Position numbers and translations under genes: made by a program. Below, piece after piece: positions 25,200-38,799 of a DNA stretch of 64,000 nucleotides (position 1 is its first letter; the number at the start of each line of letters is the position of its first letter). The DNA comes from Octopus bimaculoides. Its lineage: Eukaryota. Location: NCBI RefSeq assembly GCF_001194135.2, contig NC_068986.1:74763620-74827619 (forward strand), written 5' to 3'. The notes under the pieces are model-generated. The model made no database searches. It saw nothing but the letters and a program-made list of their open reading frames with translations, and was not told the DNA's origin.

Positions 25200-25700
25200 A
25201 TAAGCAGTAAACCATTTTTGTTGCATAGAAGTTAAAAGTGTCAATAAAGTTAGGACAGAGTGTGTTGAATTGAAGTATTCTGGGTAAATCGGTGGAATAC
25301 ATACATCTGAAATAATCAGTGCTTTGTGCAGATGACATATAATACTACATATTGGACCACACTAAAGTCCAAATGAGATGTTATTCTCCAAACAAACCTG
25401 AATAATGGATCAAGATTACATAGCTTCACATCCTATATAAAATGTTATTTTATCAAGGAAATCTTAACTGAAGATAAATTTTGCAGTATTGGTATTCGCA
25501 ACTCAGAACTATTTCTCTTCTACACATCTGTGTATTTCAGTGCACCAGATGTGTGTCACTTATCTGTTTTGATCAGTCAGTTAAATACTTACTACATCTA
25601 ACGCATAAAACTTTATTCTATAACCGACCTACTCTTCAATATCATCAAACACATCCGTCTATCTGAAATTCCATTAAATATTATTCCGAACAAGGGCGGG
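25200..25700 (+). mobile_element. Possible highly decayed PLE endonuclease region
   Basis: VFQCTRC motif resembling the PLE VYxFxCxxC linker/GIY-YIG start; no intact YIG. Confidence 0.3.
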
Positions 25701-26032
25701 ATTTAGGTATTAGATTAACATACTAAATTTGATGACATCACAGTCTGAAGTGTTTTCGAAATCTTAGAATATCTATTTTCTTGTCCGTTAGTGTTTTATT
25801 ACAATTAATCTGTAAGAATTGATTTAGCTGAATTTTATTGACAACAATTAACATTAACAGATTATAACAAAAGATAATTAGTTACACAATTTTGTTGTAT
25901 TGGATTTCGTTATTTTATAAATATGTTAAAATATCAATTATTGTTATTTTCAATGTTACATGTTTTTGCGTACGAGAGAATCTTTAAAATTTGTGTATGT
26001 ATGCATGTAGTATGTGTGCCTGCGTGCGTGTT

Positions 26033-26088
<56 letters not shown>

Positions 26089-26224
26089 TGTGTTTGTATG
26101 TGTGTGTGTTTGTGTTTGTGTGTCTGTGTCTCTGCACATGTATGTGTGATTTCATTTTTAATTATATTCATTCGGAAAATAATTTGCACATCCAACTTAA
26201 ATTGGATGTGTTATTTAGATCGCC

Positions 26225-26651
26225 TTAAACAAATGTTAACGTCCAGATACACCGTCTACACCATTTCATGTTAACGATACTGCTAATGAAGCAAAGACTA
26301 TATCGGCTGACGAAATGATCGTCTGCTCCGATAAATGGCACTACCGTATCACGTGATTTTAATATTTGTTGCAGATCATCGGCGGCAACCAGTTTCGCAC
26401 CGAGGGCCAAAACGAAAATCAACCAAATCGATATAGCTTAATAATGGTCAAACGGTTTGACTAATTTTCATTCTGGCATTCGGTGCGAGGCTGGCTACCG
26501 CTGATAATCCGCAACTAACAGTGAAATCACGTGGTACAGCATTGCAATCCTCCAGAGCAGACGATCAGTTTCGTCAGCCGATATAGTCGGTGCCTAATTA
26601 GTATGTATTGTCAACATGAAATGCCATCTCTGGACGTTAACAGCAGTTTAA
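26225..26651. mobile_element. Foldback MITE with ~170 bp TIRs bounded by TTAA
   Basis: gttaacgtccaga...gactatatcggctgacgaaatgatcgtctgctc...tcgcaccga mirrors tcggtgcga...gagcagacgatcagtttcgtcagccgatatagtc...tctggacgttaac. Confidence 0.85.
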
Positions 26652-27424
26652 AGTGACGTAAACAGCACATCCAATTCAAGTTGGATAAGCTAATTATAAT
26701 TCGTTAGAATCACTGCTACTGTCGCTAACGGCTAATTTATATTCATTTTTCATATCAGAGAAGAAACAGAATTTGGATAACATAAATTATAAAAATTACA
26801 CGTTGAACTTTCCATATTTTTCTGTTCAACGTACAGAGTGTATTTGCAATGTGTGTGTTTGGCAGTCACATTTCTATCTGAAAATCTTAGCTTTTCGAAA
26901 TTGCCACTTAATTTCTAACATAACTAAGAACACTAATAATTATCAATATATCAATTTATAATTTGGATAAAACCACTGCAGGTTCGAAGCCATCGTTCAC
27001 AAATACTCTCCTTAATGGTGATTTTAGAGAGCATACTCACATCTTCAGGGCGGTTATGACTACACAATGTTTCTTTTCTTTCCAAAAACCTATATCAGGC
27101 CTGTTATATTTGCAGCTAGCGGTAATTGTGATAGGAATGCTCCACCAATATTCTTTGTGGTAGAATATATGTGTTAACTAATAGAAATATTCTTTATATT
27201 TTTTAAAGGATATTCTTTATTACGGATGACACTGTTTATTGTTTTAACAACAACACGCCGCCATTGAAGGTGGTAACTTAATGACATATCAAAGAAGCTG
27301 TTGACATATAATATCTTCCACAAGAATCTGCCCCAATCTATATTTCCGTTCGTAACTTTGGGCGAGGTGTGGGGGTTAAAGTCTTTTCTTCTTCTATTAA
27401 GTATTTTCTTAACTCCAGCACTTT

Positions 27425-27640
27425 GACATCAACTGCATAACCTTCGAGATTTTATGTGATGCGAAGGCCACTAGTCCAAGAGAGGATACACTTCTCGAGT
27501 TCAACTTCCGCTGATGTTGACTTTGCCTTTCATCCTTTCGCATTCGATAAAATAATTGCCATTTGAGCACTGACGTCGATGTAATCGACTTAACTCCTCC
27601 TCTGAAATTGCCGGCCTTGTACAAAAATTTGAACCCAATA
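27425..27640 (-). mobile_element. tRNA-derived SINE (11652 family)
   Basis: Contains gactttgcctttcatcctttcg..cgataaaataa and gtcgatgtaatcgactta blocks; orientation and limits only approximately assigned. Confidence 0.6.
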
Positions 27641-28085
27641 TTATTTTTCTCTAGTTTATTGTTGCCAACTGAGTACTTCCGAAGAAGTCTGGTATTTAAT
27701 GGTTTTGAAACCAGAATATTGCTTTCTTTGAGATGGTCCCAAGTGAGCCGACCACAGTAAGTACCACACTCACTTTTGAGGCACACGAATGTATTTCACT
27801 TCCAGAGCAAAGTCTTTGTTCTTCCCCAACTTTCTCGACCTCTGTCCACACAATATTGTGATCTGTAGGAATAGCTTCATCGATGAAGGTTCATCGTTTG
27901 GACTCCTTCCGTAGGAGAGTGAAATCTAGTTCGGTAATATTGCAGCTTCTTCTCTGAGTAGATTGGTATGTCTCGTTTGAGTTCCAATTGATCACCTTCT
28001 ACTACTGGCAAAAGTTGGTACTCATACCATTTGTTGGAACATTCTAACCCATACTTGCTACAAAACACCCTGTGTATTCACATGT
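27640..28085 (-). mobile_element. R4/Dong-type LINE RLE-domain fragment
   Basis: CSKYGLECSNKWYEYQ..VVEG (ORF 27877-28068) and VVGSLGTISK, homologous to LCQHYG..KRW..H.P and IVGALG of the 61786-63230 copy. Confidence 0.75.
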
Positions 28086-28104
28086 GGTTGTTGTTGGTGT
28101 TAAG

Positions 28105-28225
28105 CCGGCTGGTTGGTAGAATCGTTAGCACGCCTAGCCAAATTCTTCGCGGCATTTCGTTCGTCTTTACGTTCTAAGTTCAAATGCCGTCGGGGTCGAT
28201 TTGGCCTTTCATTCTTTCAGGATGT
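28105..28225 (+). mobile_element. tRNA-derived SINE head (11652 family)
   Basis: gctggttggtagaatcgttagcacgcc...gttctaagttcaaatgccg...gcctttcattctttc. Confidence 0.75.
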
Positions 28226-30899
28226 AGAAAGAATTATTTCTATTCATATCATATTTGTTAAACCTACTGCGCAACAGTTGGAGAACGTGCTTGTCTAATG
28301 TGGTGTGTTAGATACCTTACAACAAACAAACAGGTGCCAAGGGTCGCTAATTCTTTCATGAAAACAACGTTATCCTTCTCATATGAAGATGCTGCTTTCG
28401 GTCGCGGCTCCAGGATTTATCCTAATTAGCCATGACTTCAGCATATAACATTATTTTCACTTCTATAATTTCCATCTTCGTTTATAATTTTATCAACAAC
28501 CTACTTTTTCCCCAAGTCTTGAAATTTGTTTCTTTTTCTTTATGAACCTAACTTTCATTAAGAACATGCGAACAATAATTCTTCGATCATTATCCAAATT
28601 ACGAAAGCAAACCAATTTTTTTTTCTGGTTCCTATATGCTTTGAAGTGAAAAGGAAAAATCAGTTGAACAATCTGATCTACGCTCATTTATCAGATTAAG
28701 GGATATTCGTATTCTATGGTTAATTATAATATTCCTATGAAACGCAACATAAATTCTGGTTAAATTCCTTAGATTATAGGGTAGATCTGTGTATGTATGT
28801 TTGCAATATTCTCTCTTTTGTTTGAATATATTTGTACGTGTATTACCAATGCTGTCGTTCTCACAACGTAATTAAAACTGAGGGACACTTAGTGATGATG
28901 ATGTTAGATAAAGGTTGTTTGGTGCTGTGAGTCATGTATCATCTGACGGAACGACTAATGATTCATGTTTCAACCAAATATGTTCACATATACAGGCAAT
29001 CACACACATACACGTATACACGCATATATATTATATACGTATTATATATAATTTATATATATTACATATTTGTGCATACGTATGTGTGCGTATATTTATA
29101 TAGTTATACGTACGTATATCTATACAAATACACAGAGACATATACATGCGTATGCATATATATGTCTGTACCTGTATGTGTTACGACGGTACGTGTGTGT
29201 ATAGGTGAATGAGTGTGTATGTATGTGAACTTGGGTGTAGTTGTATCTGTGAATATTTTCCCATGTGCAACAATTTAGTAGTAATTTTCAGTTGCTTTTG
29301 TGTGACAGGTAGGCTGATGTCTCTCTAGTGCACTCTTTTTCTTTCTTTCTTTTCTTTTTTCCTTATCACACACGCTAAGAGGCGAAATATAAATGAAATA
29401 AATATCGCTGATTATCAGGATTTTGCTTTGCGGAAAAAAAAAATGTCGGTTTTCGTGATACGTTAAATAACACGGAATTTACTGTCAACTGTGTATTTTA
29501 TTCGATGTTTTAGCTTTCCAATTGATAATGCAGCCTGGTGCACTGTTTCATGCTGCTGTTGACAACATCTCTAAACAAAAAGATAGGTTTGTATACAGTC
29601 ATTTTATCAGAACAGTAGTGAATATATAACTACAATATTTTAATTATTTTTCCTAATTTTGGTACTGTCCAGACATACCATGTTTTATGAATTAAGGTTT
29701 ATTTTGTAATACACCATGGCATCAACAATGTACATTGCAGCGCGTCATTAATTTATTACTCGAGGTAGCTTACAACAATGCATCATTTATGGAAATCAGT
29801 ATATTCGATTTTAAAATGTTTTCGGTAATAGAAGCTACAAAAATAATATAGTCGTTGATAGTCAAAGAACGTTTTCTACATTTTAGGTGAAATTTCAATA
29901 AAGTTTGAAATCGAGTCAGCTGATCTCTCTTTCTTTGACCACAGTGAAATTGCTTTAGAAAACGGTATTTTACGAATAACCAGTGTATTTAATTAATATT
30001 AATTTACATCTAAAGGCTTAGTCTGCAGCAAATTATTGCACCATGCCATACTCTGTCGTTTGATTTGATATATGAAATACTCTGAATGGTTTAATGAGTG
30101 CACCACTACACAAAAAAATTAATTATTGTCAAAACATATACATGTACAACACCGAATTTCCAGATACTGATAGTACGTGGTCTCTTATCCGCATTAACTT
30201 ACGAGCAGGAACTATAAATTCTCACGGCTGTCAGATTAGTTTACCGTTATCTTGCACAGACTAGTATCTTATATTGTATAGTATTAATAGACTTAAATAA
30301 TACTAATGCACTGGTACAAATATTACATTTGATATGTGTTTAACTTAGCGTATGGCTTTGGCCACTCCCGTATTTGGAAAAATCTGTAAACCAGAAAGGC
30401 TTTGGAACTAAGGATTCCGGAAATGTTGTGCCTGTACTGGATATCAGCAATGAATAATAAAGGACTATCTTTTGCAGATAGATTACATGGGACTTTAAAT
30501 AAGTGATACAAATGTTGAAATAATTCGGTTGCGTAGAAAAACTGCGAAAGCACAAATTGATATGATACCTAAATTAATATAAGAAAGCTTGTTTAAACCA
30601 ACCGATATGACACATAAGAACATATAAGTCGAACTAATAATATTGAATGTTGTCACCGTAGAACTAGTTGGAAGATTATTTTGAAGATATTTATTCATTA
30701 TGATGCTGTCTTCAAAAAATATTCAGATTTCATTTTGAATTACTTCTGTTAATTTTAAAAATCATTAGCTGCCTCCAAAATCAAATGAAAACATTGTCAG
30801 AAAAAAGAGAAACTTCTTAACTTTGTTAGAAATGTAAATGAAATTAGAAAATCCCTTCAAAGGGGTGTGTAAAACGTCTAATTCATTGGTACGTCTGTT

Positions 30900-32180
30900 G
30901 AATCCAACATAAATACCGGTATAATCCAAATTACAAACAATGAATTAAATAGAGAGAGATACAAATGACAATCTAATAATTTATTTATAGTATAACATAA
31001 TATTCTATAAACATAATATAATATAATATTCATTTTAACTTATTGATATAAAAAATGCTGTTTAAAGTAACTAATAATTAAGTGATGTTAATAATAATAA
31101 TAATAATGATAATAATAATAAATTGTTTTATTTAACTTACTAACTAAATTTAATGACTACAATAATAATTATTATAGTATTGTATAGTTTAGAACTTGTA
31201 TTCTTATTACAACAATATTATTTTGTTACTTATTAAAGAATTAATAAAATTTGGATATATACTATATATAGTCCTTTAATTCAATAATAATATTAATTCC
31301 ATTTATCGAGAACCAATACTCAACCCTTGTTTTGTTTATATTACTTAATTTTTATTTACTGAGTTCGACCTTCACCGATATACGAATAATAATCTATATT
31401 TAATCTATGGGGTAGTTTTGTGTGGCTTTGTGTAGCTTTGTAATAGTTTTGTGTAGCTTTAAATTTATCTTCATAGTTATTACGGAATTCTCCCTACGAT
31501 AAATTAAGTATACAAAGACATTTTTTAAGTTTCTATTCACATTTATTACGGAATTCTCCATAAATATTATTAGTTACTTTAAACAACTTTTATGTATCAA
31601 TTACTTTAAATGAATTGAAGAGTTATATATTAAAATATAATTATTATATCATTTTACACATTTTATTATAGTTTCTAGATTAAGTAAGACCCTGATATTT
31701 AATTATATGCATACATATAGTTGTATGTTATTATAATAGCAAAAGATTGTCTTAGACATAAATGAGTTTGGATTGATATTATTTGAAATACATAGAAATA
31801 TATTTCGATAGTTGTAGATTCACTTAATTATTTTGTCCGTTATAATTATGCTGTTTTTTTTCAATTTTCAATGTAATTGGTATGTAGTTGAATGGCTAAT
31901 GCTCGCGCTCATAGCACATAAGCATTTGTATTAATCTTTTTACAATCCAGCAATTCTTTCACACGGAATTTTGTCTATCTACACACCAGTTGCCCTGATG
32001 AGGCTATATATAAAGGAATTGAATTGTTTATATATCAAAAAATATATATAAGTCGAAATGAATTTGTTGGCTTTTTTTGTCTTTGAATAATTGTTTACGT
32101 TGTATTATATTATATTCAAGGTATATTATGTTATATTATAATATAAATAAATTATTGGATTGTCATTTGTATCTCTGTAT
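30900..32180 (-). mobile_element. Possible very old AT-rich PLE remnant
   Basis: Minus strand KQNKG*VLVLDK (~31300-31335) resembles PLE ADKG..VV.D; adjacent hammerhead motif; otherwise unreadable. Confidence 0.3.
31992..32071 (+). ncRNA. Decayed type I hammerhead with intact core
   Basis: CUGAUGA 31995-32001; 11-bp helix II ggctatatata/tatatata(a)gtc; GAAA 32055-32058; helix III atgaatttgt; helix I only gcc/ggc. Confidence 0.55.
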
Positions 32181-32332
32181 TTAATTTATTGTTTTTCAAT
32201 GAAATTACATATTTCACGAAGGAGCCTAGAAAATCGGCTTCAAATATTGCAAACGTGAAAAACGATTATACATTTGTTAGTGTCATGAAACCACAAAGCT
32301 GTCTATTTTTAAACCTTACATTTTCTTTAAGC

Positions 32333-32530
32333 TTTTACTTGTTTTCAGACGCTGGTCTGCGGCCAAGCTGTAGCTCCACCCTGAAGGGTTTAGTCTTGCA
32401 AATCAACCCTGTAACTTATTTTGTTAAGTCTGGTACTTATTCTATCAGGTACTATCATTGAACCGCTAGTTTGCGAGAACGTAAACGAACCAGCACCGTT
32501 TGTCAAGTGGTAGTGAGCACGGACGAACAC
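32333..32530 (-). mobile_element. SINE 3' half (47255 family)
   Basis: Reverse complement of ttgacaa..ggtgctggt...gatagaataagtacc...cagcttggccgcag tail. Confidence 0.75.
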
Positions 32531-32579
32531 AAAGACGAACAAAGACACGCACTCGCATAGTCACACGTGTGTGCGTATA

Positions 32580-32581
<2 letters not shown>

Positions 32582-32661
<80 letters not shown>
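32582..32661. repeat. (GT)n microsatellite
   Basis: Direct read. Confidence 0.97.
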
Positions 32662-32664
<3 letters not shown>

Positions 32665-35193
32665 AATGAGCTCCCACAGTTGTGGACCTGAGCCTAAAAT
32701 AGCATGGTTGCAAAGCGTGCTCGTTAACTACACAACCATTTTGAATATTTCGTATTTTTATGCCTACAGAATGCACACAGAAGATCAGAAATCTTAAACA
32801 TGTACAAGCACACTGTCATGCACACATACCTACTCGCGCGCACACACACACACAAACACACACACACAACTTAAACAACAACAACAAGGAAATAAACACA
32901 AAATACACATACAAAATAGTGGGTGTGTTTTTATCCAATTTTTATGCTTCCCAGAGTGAAAATAACGTTTAAAATTTAGATTTCAGTGTTAGACAGCAAG
33001 AACTGTCAAACAGTTAACGTGAATTAATCCGCATAGTTCATACTTTAACAGACTACAGTAATTTCTAGATGTGTTATGTCTCTCTTTCCCCCTCTAGAGA
33101 ATTCGCCACTAGTTTAATTTTTCTGCACGTTTATATATTTATCCAAAGAGAATAACAGAACGTTTGTGCTTTTTTCTAACAATCTTGAATTGATATTAAA
33201 ACAATGGGGGCTAATATTCATCGTGAGAAATTATCAACAGCCACTTTCTCCCATTCCAAGGAGGCTGATGTTGATGCTGATAACCATGTCTTGGAGTCTT
33301 CACAAAAATATTTTTTCTAAGTTTTCTTTCTCCTGAAACCACGGTACGAAGTTTTCAGGATATCATACATACATATATGATGGTTTCTACCCTGTAGACA
33401 AGCATGATCATTGCTGATACGTAATATAATATGATATATCAATGAAATCAAACCAAATATTTTGAAGGCATTTAATACGCACGTTTCAGAACATTATGTA
33501 ATGGAAAATGGGAAATTCATCCCTTACGCAAGATCTTCCTCTATTAATGCATTTCAAAATTTTGAAATGTATTAACTGAGGAAAGTAATAAATATCAATA
33601 GTTGATTACACTTCATTATCATATTTTGTTCGAGTAGATGCCAGTACAAACTACACCGGCAATGTAGCAAGGTTCAATTTGCAAAAGTGAGCAGTCGTAG
33701 CAGCGGAAACATGTGTAGGTCATTATAATATGCTGTATACAACTTTAAAATAAATTTATGAATGTACAAGTCTCCACAAGTCTTTATTATTATTAATTGT
33801 AGAAGATTATGTTTATTATTAATTGTACAAGTCTTTATTATTATTAATATTGTGTGTGTGTATCTTCGAGGCAGCATAATTCAGTGTCGTTATATACAAA
33901 TGGACATGAGAAAATACAAGAGTTCCCAGACTTAGTTATAGGGAAAAAAATAGACAAAGACAAATGACAGTAACTTTTGGCGCCAGTTCCTCATGAATAA
34001 TTGGTGTTTCCACACCAGTGAATCAATTAATTGAACAATGAAACAAATAGCATAGCTTCGGTCATTTATTATCTCTCTATTTCTGATATAAGTTCCTTAG
34101 GAAAGCAATAACTACATAACCATCTCGTTATAATTTTATCGTCGCTAATTTCTTTATAAATAAAATGCTTCAAACAATACTTATGAGAAGATATACTATA
34201 AAGTTAAGATGTTAATTACTTCCGGTTAACTAGGACGGTTCAGGAGCTACTTCCAGTATACTCTAGTTAAAGCACAATTCAGAAATACACGCAAGCGTAC
34301 ATATATACGCTGAGTTACACACTTATATACATCCATATATGAATTATGATTATTGGGCGAAGTCGCATCCTCCCCCATTCCTTCATACGTATCTGCTATA
34401 CATGTATGTTTGTGAATGTATGTACGTATGTATGTATGCACACACATATATATATACACACATATATACTTATATACACATATACACACAAAGACATACA
34501 TTCATATGTGCCTCAGCGACATCATTGTCAACTGAGTTTTGTAATACTCTCTGTCTCAAAATTAAGACGTGGCAGACAGAGAAATCTGGAATAAAATATA
34601 AAATAAAAGACAATAACAAATAATGATGATCGCATTGCGACTGATCGATGAAAATAATAATTGTGGAATATAAAACCTAAAACTAATCAGACGCCTAGTT
34701 AAAACATAAAGGAGCTGATATTGTTGCTTGAGGTCACCAAAATATAAACATGCCTTGTTGTTAAAAGCATTCTAAGATGCGTTAGAAAGAAGACATCTAT
34801 CGAACATTAACGAAGTGTTACAATTCAAGTGCTCAGTACTCACCTTCAATATTGTATGATGATTATTACAGTAACAGAATATAAACCAAACAATTTGAAA
34901 GTATTGTTGAATCATTATACATTTGTTACAGGTGATCGCCATATACGGAAAACAGATATCTACAGAACTTGACAAGAAAGACCAACAGGGCGAGTGGTCT
35001 CCAAAACAAGACAAACGGAGCATTAAAATTTCATTTTATATATATATCTGTTTCTGTATATGTATGTATGGTTATATATATAATATATATGTGTGTGTAT
35101 GTATGCATGTATGAAATATATTTTACAACTAAATGTGGTGGTCTTATAGAGGACATATTATTATTATTAATAGCAAGCATCAAATAACCATTA

Positions 35194-35443
35194 ATTTATA
35201 ATCAGGGTACGAGATAGAGCACAGCATTGCTAGAAATAAGAGTCAAAACTGCTCAAAACTACAGTTATCACTAATACACGCAAGTGGATTCGAGGAAAAA
35301 CGAATAAAAATAAAAGCCGGCTTTTATATTTACTCATTTTTCCTCGAATTCACTAGCGTGTATTAGTGATAACTGCGGTTTTGAGCAGTTTTGACTCATA
35401 TTTCTAGCAATGCTGTACTCTATCTCATACCCTAATTATAAAT
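35194..35443. repeat. 250-bp near-perfect spacerless palindrome (probable foldback MITE)
   Basis: Centre taaaagcc|ggctttta at 35318/35319; arms of equal length, no indels seen, scattered substitutions only. Confidence 0.9.
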
Positions 35444-36374
35444 ATCCATATATNNNNNNNNNNNNNNNNNNNNNNNNNNNNNNNNNNNNNNNNNNNNNNN
35501 NNNNNNNNNNNNNNNNNNNNNNNNNNNNNNNNNNNNNNNNNNNNNNNNNNNNNNNNNNNNNNNNNNNNNNNNNNNNNNNNNNNNNNNNNNNNNNNNNNNN
35601 NNNNNNNNNNNNNNNNNNNNNNNNNNNNNNNNNNNNNNNNNNNNNNNNNNNNNNNNNNNNNNNNNNNNNNNNNNNNNNNNNNNNNNNNNNNNNNNNNNNN
35701 NNNNNNNNNNNNNNNNNNNNNNNNNNNNNNNNNNNNNNNNNNNNNNNNNNNNNNNNNNNNNNNNNNNNNNNNNNNNNNNNNNNNNNNNNNNNNNNNNNNN
35801 NNNNNNNNNNNNNNNNNNNNNNNNNNNNNNNNNNNNNNNNNNNNNNNNNNNNNNNNNNNNNNNNNNNNNNNNNNNNNNNNNNNNNNNNNNNNNNNNNNNN
35901 NNNNNNNNNNNNNNNNNNNNNNNNNNNNNNNNNNNNNNNNNNNNNNNNNNNNNNNNNNNNNNNNNNNNNNNNNNNNNNNNNNNNNNNNNNNNNNNNNNNN
36001 NNNNNNNNNNNNNNNNNNNNNNNNNNNNNNNNNNNNNNNNNNNNNNNNNNNNNNNNNNNNNNNNNNNNNNNNNNNNNNNNNNNNNNNNNNNNNNNNNNNN
36101 NNNNNNNNNNNNNNNNNNNNNNNNNNNNNNNNNNNNNNNNNNNNNNNNNNNNNNNNNNNNNNNNNNNNNNNNNNNNNNNNNNNNNNNNNNNNNNNNNNNN
36201 NNNNNNNNNNNNNNNNNNNNNNNNNNNNNNNNNNNNNNNNNNNNNNNNNNNNNNNNNNNNNNNNNNNNNNNNNNNNNNNNNNNNNNNNNNNNNNNNNNNN
36301 NNNNNNNNNNNNNNNNNNNNNNNNNNNNNNNNNNNNNNNNNNNNNNNNNNNNNNNNNNNNNNNNNNNNNNNNNA

Positions 36375-36475
36375 CACACATATGTCATTTATCTTTTGCT
36401 TGTTTCAAACATCAGATTGCAGACATGCTGGAGCTTCTTTCAGTTTTCGTCTATCAAATTCACTCACAAGGCCTT
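36375..36475 (-). mobile_element. Internally deleted SINE remnant (47255 family)
   Basis: cttgtttcaaac...catgctggagc and cagttttcgtctatcaaattcactcacaaggc blocks. Confidence 0.65.
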
Positions 36476-38616
36476 GATGGTTGTGTAAGAAAGCGAATGG
36501 AATAGTAGTGGAAGAATGAATGTGGTGTGTTAGAGGAGAAAATTTCAAAGATGGAACTTCTTTGAACTTCTCAACTTTAACATCTCAAATGCAAGATCTC
36601 TTCCCTAAAGTCGGAGGCTCGTCTCATTCTATGATGGAATCAATCTACAAACACTGTTATGGACTGCTGAGCCCCCAGAAACAGCTGTTGGATTTGTAAT
36701 TCTTTCCCTTAGCCCTTTTAATTCTCTATATCATTTGTACTCTGTGAAAGTTGGATCTTTTTTATGTGTATATATGAAATACAGTTTTTGTATTTCATGT
36801 ATTTAATACACTGATCTGTCTAATTTGCTTATTCCTACGTTTACTTCTATAGCCGCTCAAATTTAAATGTCTTGAGCACTACGAAGTGTATACTATACGG
36901 AGAATATCTGGATCACATCTATGAACTATATATATATATAAATGTTATAAAGAGGACAACAAACATTAAGGCAAGGCAAATATCTCAAGTCATATATTAT
37001 TATTGTTGGAAAAAAAAAATCAAAGTCTTACAGCTGTTTCTAGGATATCCCAGAGTATGGGATATTCTGTCATAATGTACGTTTGCTTTGCCTTAACGTT
37101 TGCTGTCCTCTTTAACAACTATATATACGCTATATCTCAAATCTGCAATGGTTCCATAACNNNNNNNNNNNNNNNNNNNNNNNNNNNNNNNNNNNNNNNN
37201 NNNNNNNNNNNNNNNNNNNNNNNNNNNNNNNNNNNNNNNNNNNNNNNNNNNNNNNNNNNNNNNNNNNNNNNNNNNNNNNNNNNNNNNNNNNNNNNNNNNN
37301 NNNNNNNNNNNNNNNNNNNNNNNNNNNNNNNNNNNNNNNNNNNNNNNNNNNNNNNNNNNNNNNNNNNNNNNNNNNNNNNNNNNNNNNNNNNNNNNNNNNN
37401 NNNNNNNNNNNNNNNNNNNNNNNNNNNNNNNNNNNNNNNNNNNNNNNNNNNNNNNNNNNNNNNNNNNNNNNNNNNNNNNNNNNNNNNNNNNNNNNNNNNN
37501 NNNNNNNNNNNNNNNNNNNNNNNNNNNNNNNNNNNNNNNNNNNNNNNNNNNNNNNNNNNNNNNNNNNNNNNNNNNNNNTATATATGTTTTTATATCATCA
37601 ATAAATTCATAAAATTATTAATAATATTCACAGGAAATCAATATCCAAATTTCCGAAAGATATATGTTTAATGTGACACAGTAATATTTTGAATTATAAT
37701 TAAATTAAAATTTAAGATGTACAAAATATAAATATATATAAAAAATATAAATGTACATAAAAATGCATGCGTATATAAATGTATATAAAAATGTATGCGT
37801 AATTGAGTATGAATATTACACACGTATTTTCACATTCATGCACATACATATATACATATATATACATTTTCAAAGCCATACACACGCATACATGCTTTTA
37901 GACCTCGAGAATAAACGTGCATCGGTCACCGACTATGAGCATAGTTGTATGCGGTTTCAAAAGACAAGGCTTAGAACCTATATCTGCATATAGAAATAGT
38001 TTGGTGAGATGTATATAAAGCGTGAACCAGTTTTTATATACAAATCATGCCTCCCATATGTGAGAAAATCTCTTAAAAGTTAGGCAGAATTTCTTTGATC
38101 TGTTGTGAATGTAGATAAATATGATTATTATTATTTACAGAATTGTCACTCGTCACCGCTCCTCAATTTATCGCACAAAAACGCACATGCATGTTTGTTT
38201 TACAAAAAACAAGACGACGAAATTATAGTTTTTAAATCTAACGGGAGGGAGTGAGTGTGTACGTTGGTGTAATGGTTAACACACTTACGCGAAAATTAGA
38301 TGTGTGGTTTCGAGTGCCATGCGTACGAAAAAGCCACGATTTTCCGTGGAGGGCTTAAATGCTGCAATATCAGGCTATTTTCTTTAATCAATACATGGTG
38401 ATCGCTTGAGCCTTATGCATATAATTATTATTTACAGAATACATAAGCTTGTGTTTGTATAAATACGCATGAGTGTACCACGTAAATGCGCACACAAACA
38501 CACAAATAACTGTATGTAGAGTGTGAGGTAAAAAGAGAAGTGTGTGTGTGTGCGTGTGTGCGTGTGTGTGCATCTGCTGTTCATGTGTATATAAGTATGC
38601 TTGTGTGTGTGTATCA

Positions 38617-38618
<2 letters not shown>

Positions 38619-38697
<79 letters not shown>

Positions 38698-38711
38698 CAT
38701 TATTATTATCA
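38619..38711. repeat. (ATT)n microsatellite
   Basis: Direct read. Confidence 0.97.
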
Positions 38712-38799
38712 TTTTATGTTTGACTTTTGTTTTGCATTTGTACAAGTTGGATCCAAGTCTCACCCAGAGACCTCAAGAGACAACAAGTTAGAAGTTCAT
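38712..38799 (-). mobile_element. Probable LINE 3' UTR abutting (AAT)n
   Basis: Reverse complement ends caaaacaaaagtcaaacataaaat then (AAT)n, the same arrangement as the R4-type tail at 931; rest lost in gap. Confidence 0.4.

Noticed and set aside
26295-26320. ctgacga inside the foldback arms
   Set aside because: Not followed by helix II and GAAA; just part of the TIR
27020-27055. Minus-strand ctgaaga-tgtgagtatgctctc-taaa
   Set aside because: GAAA and helix I absent
34923-35030. Possible exon after tttgttacag (VIAIYGKQ...)
   Set aside because: No canonical donor site and no recognisable homology
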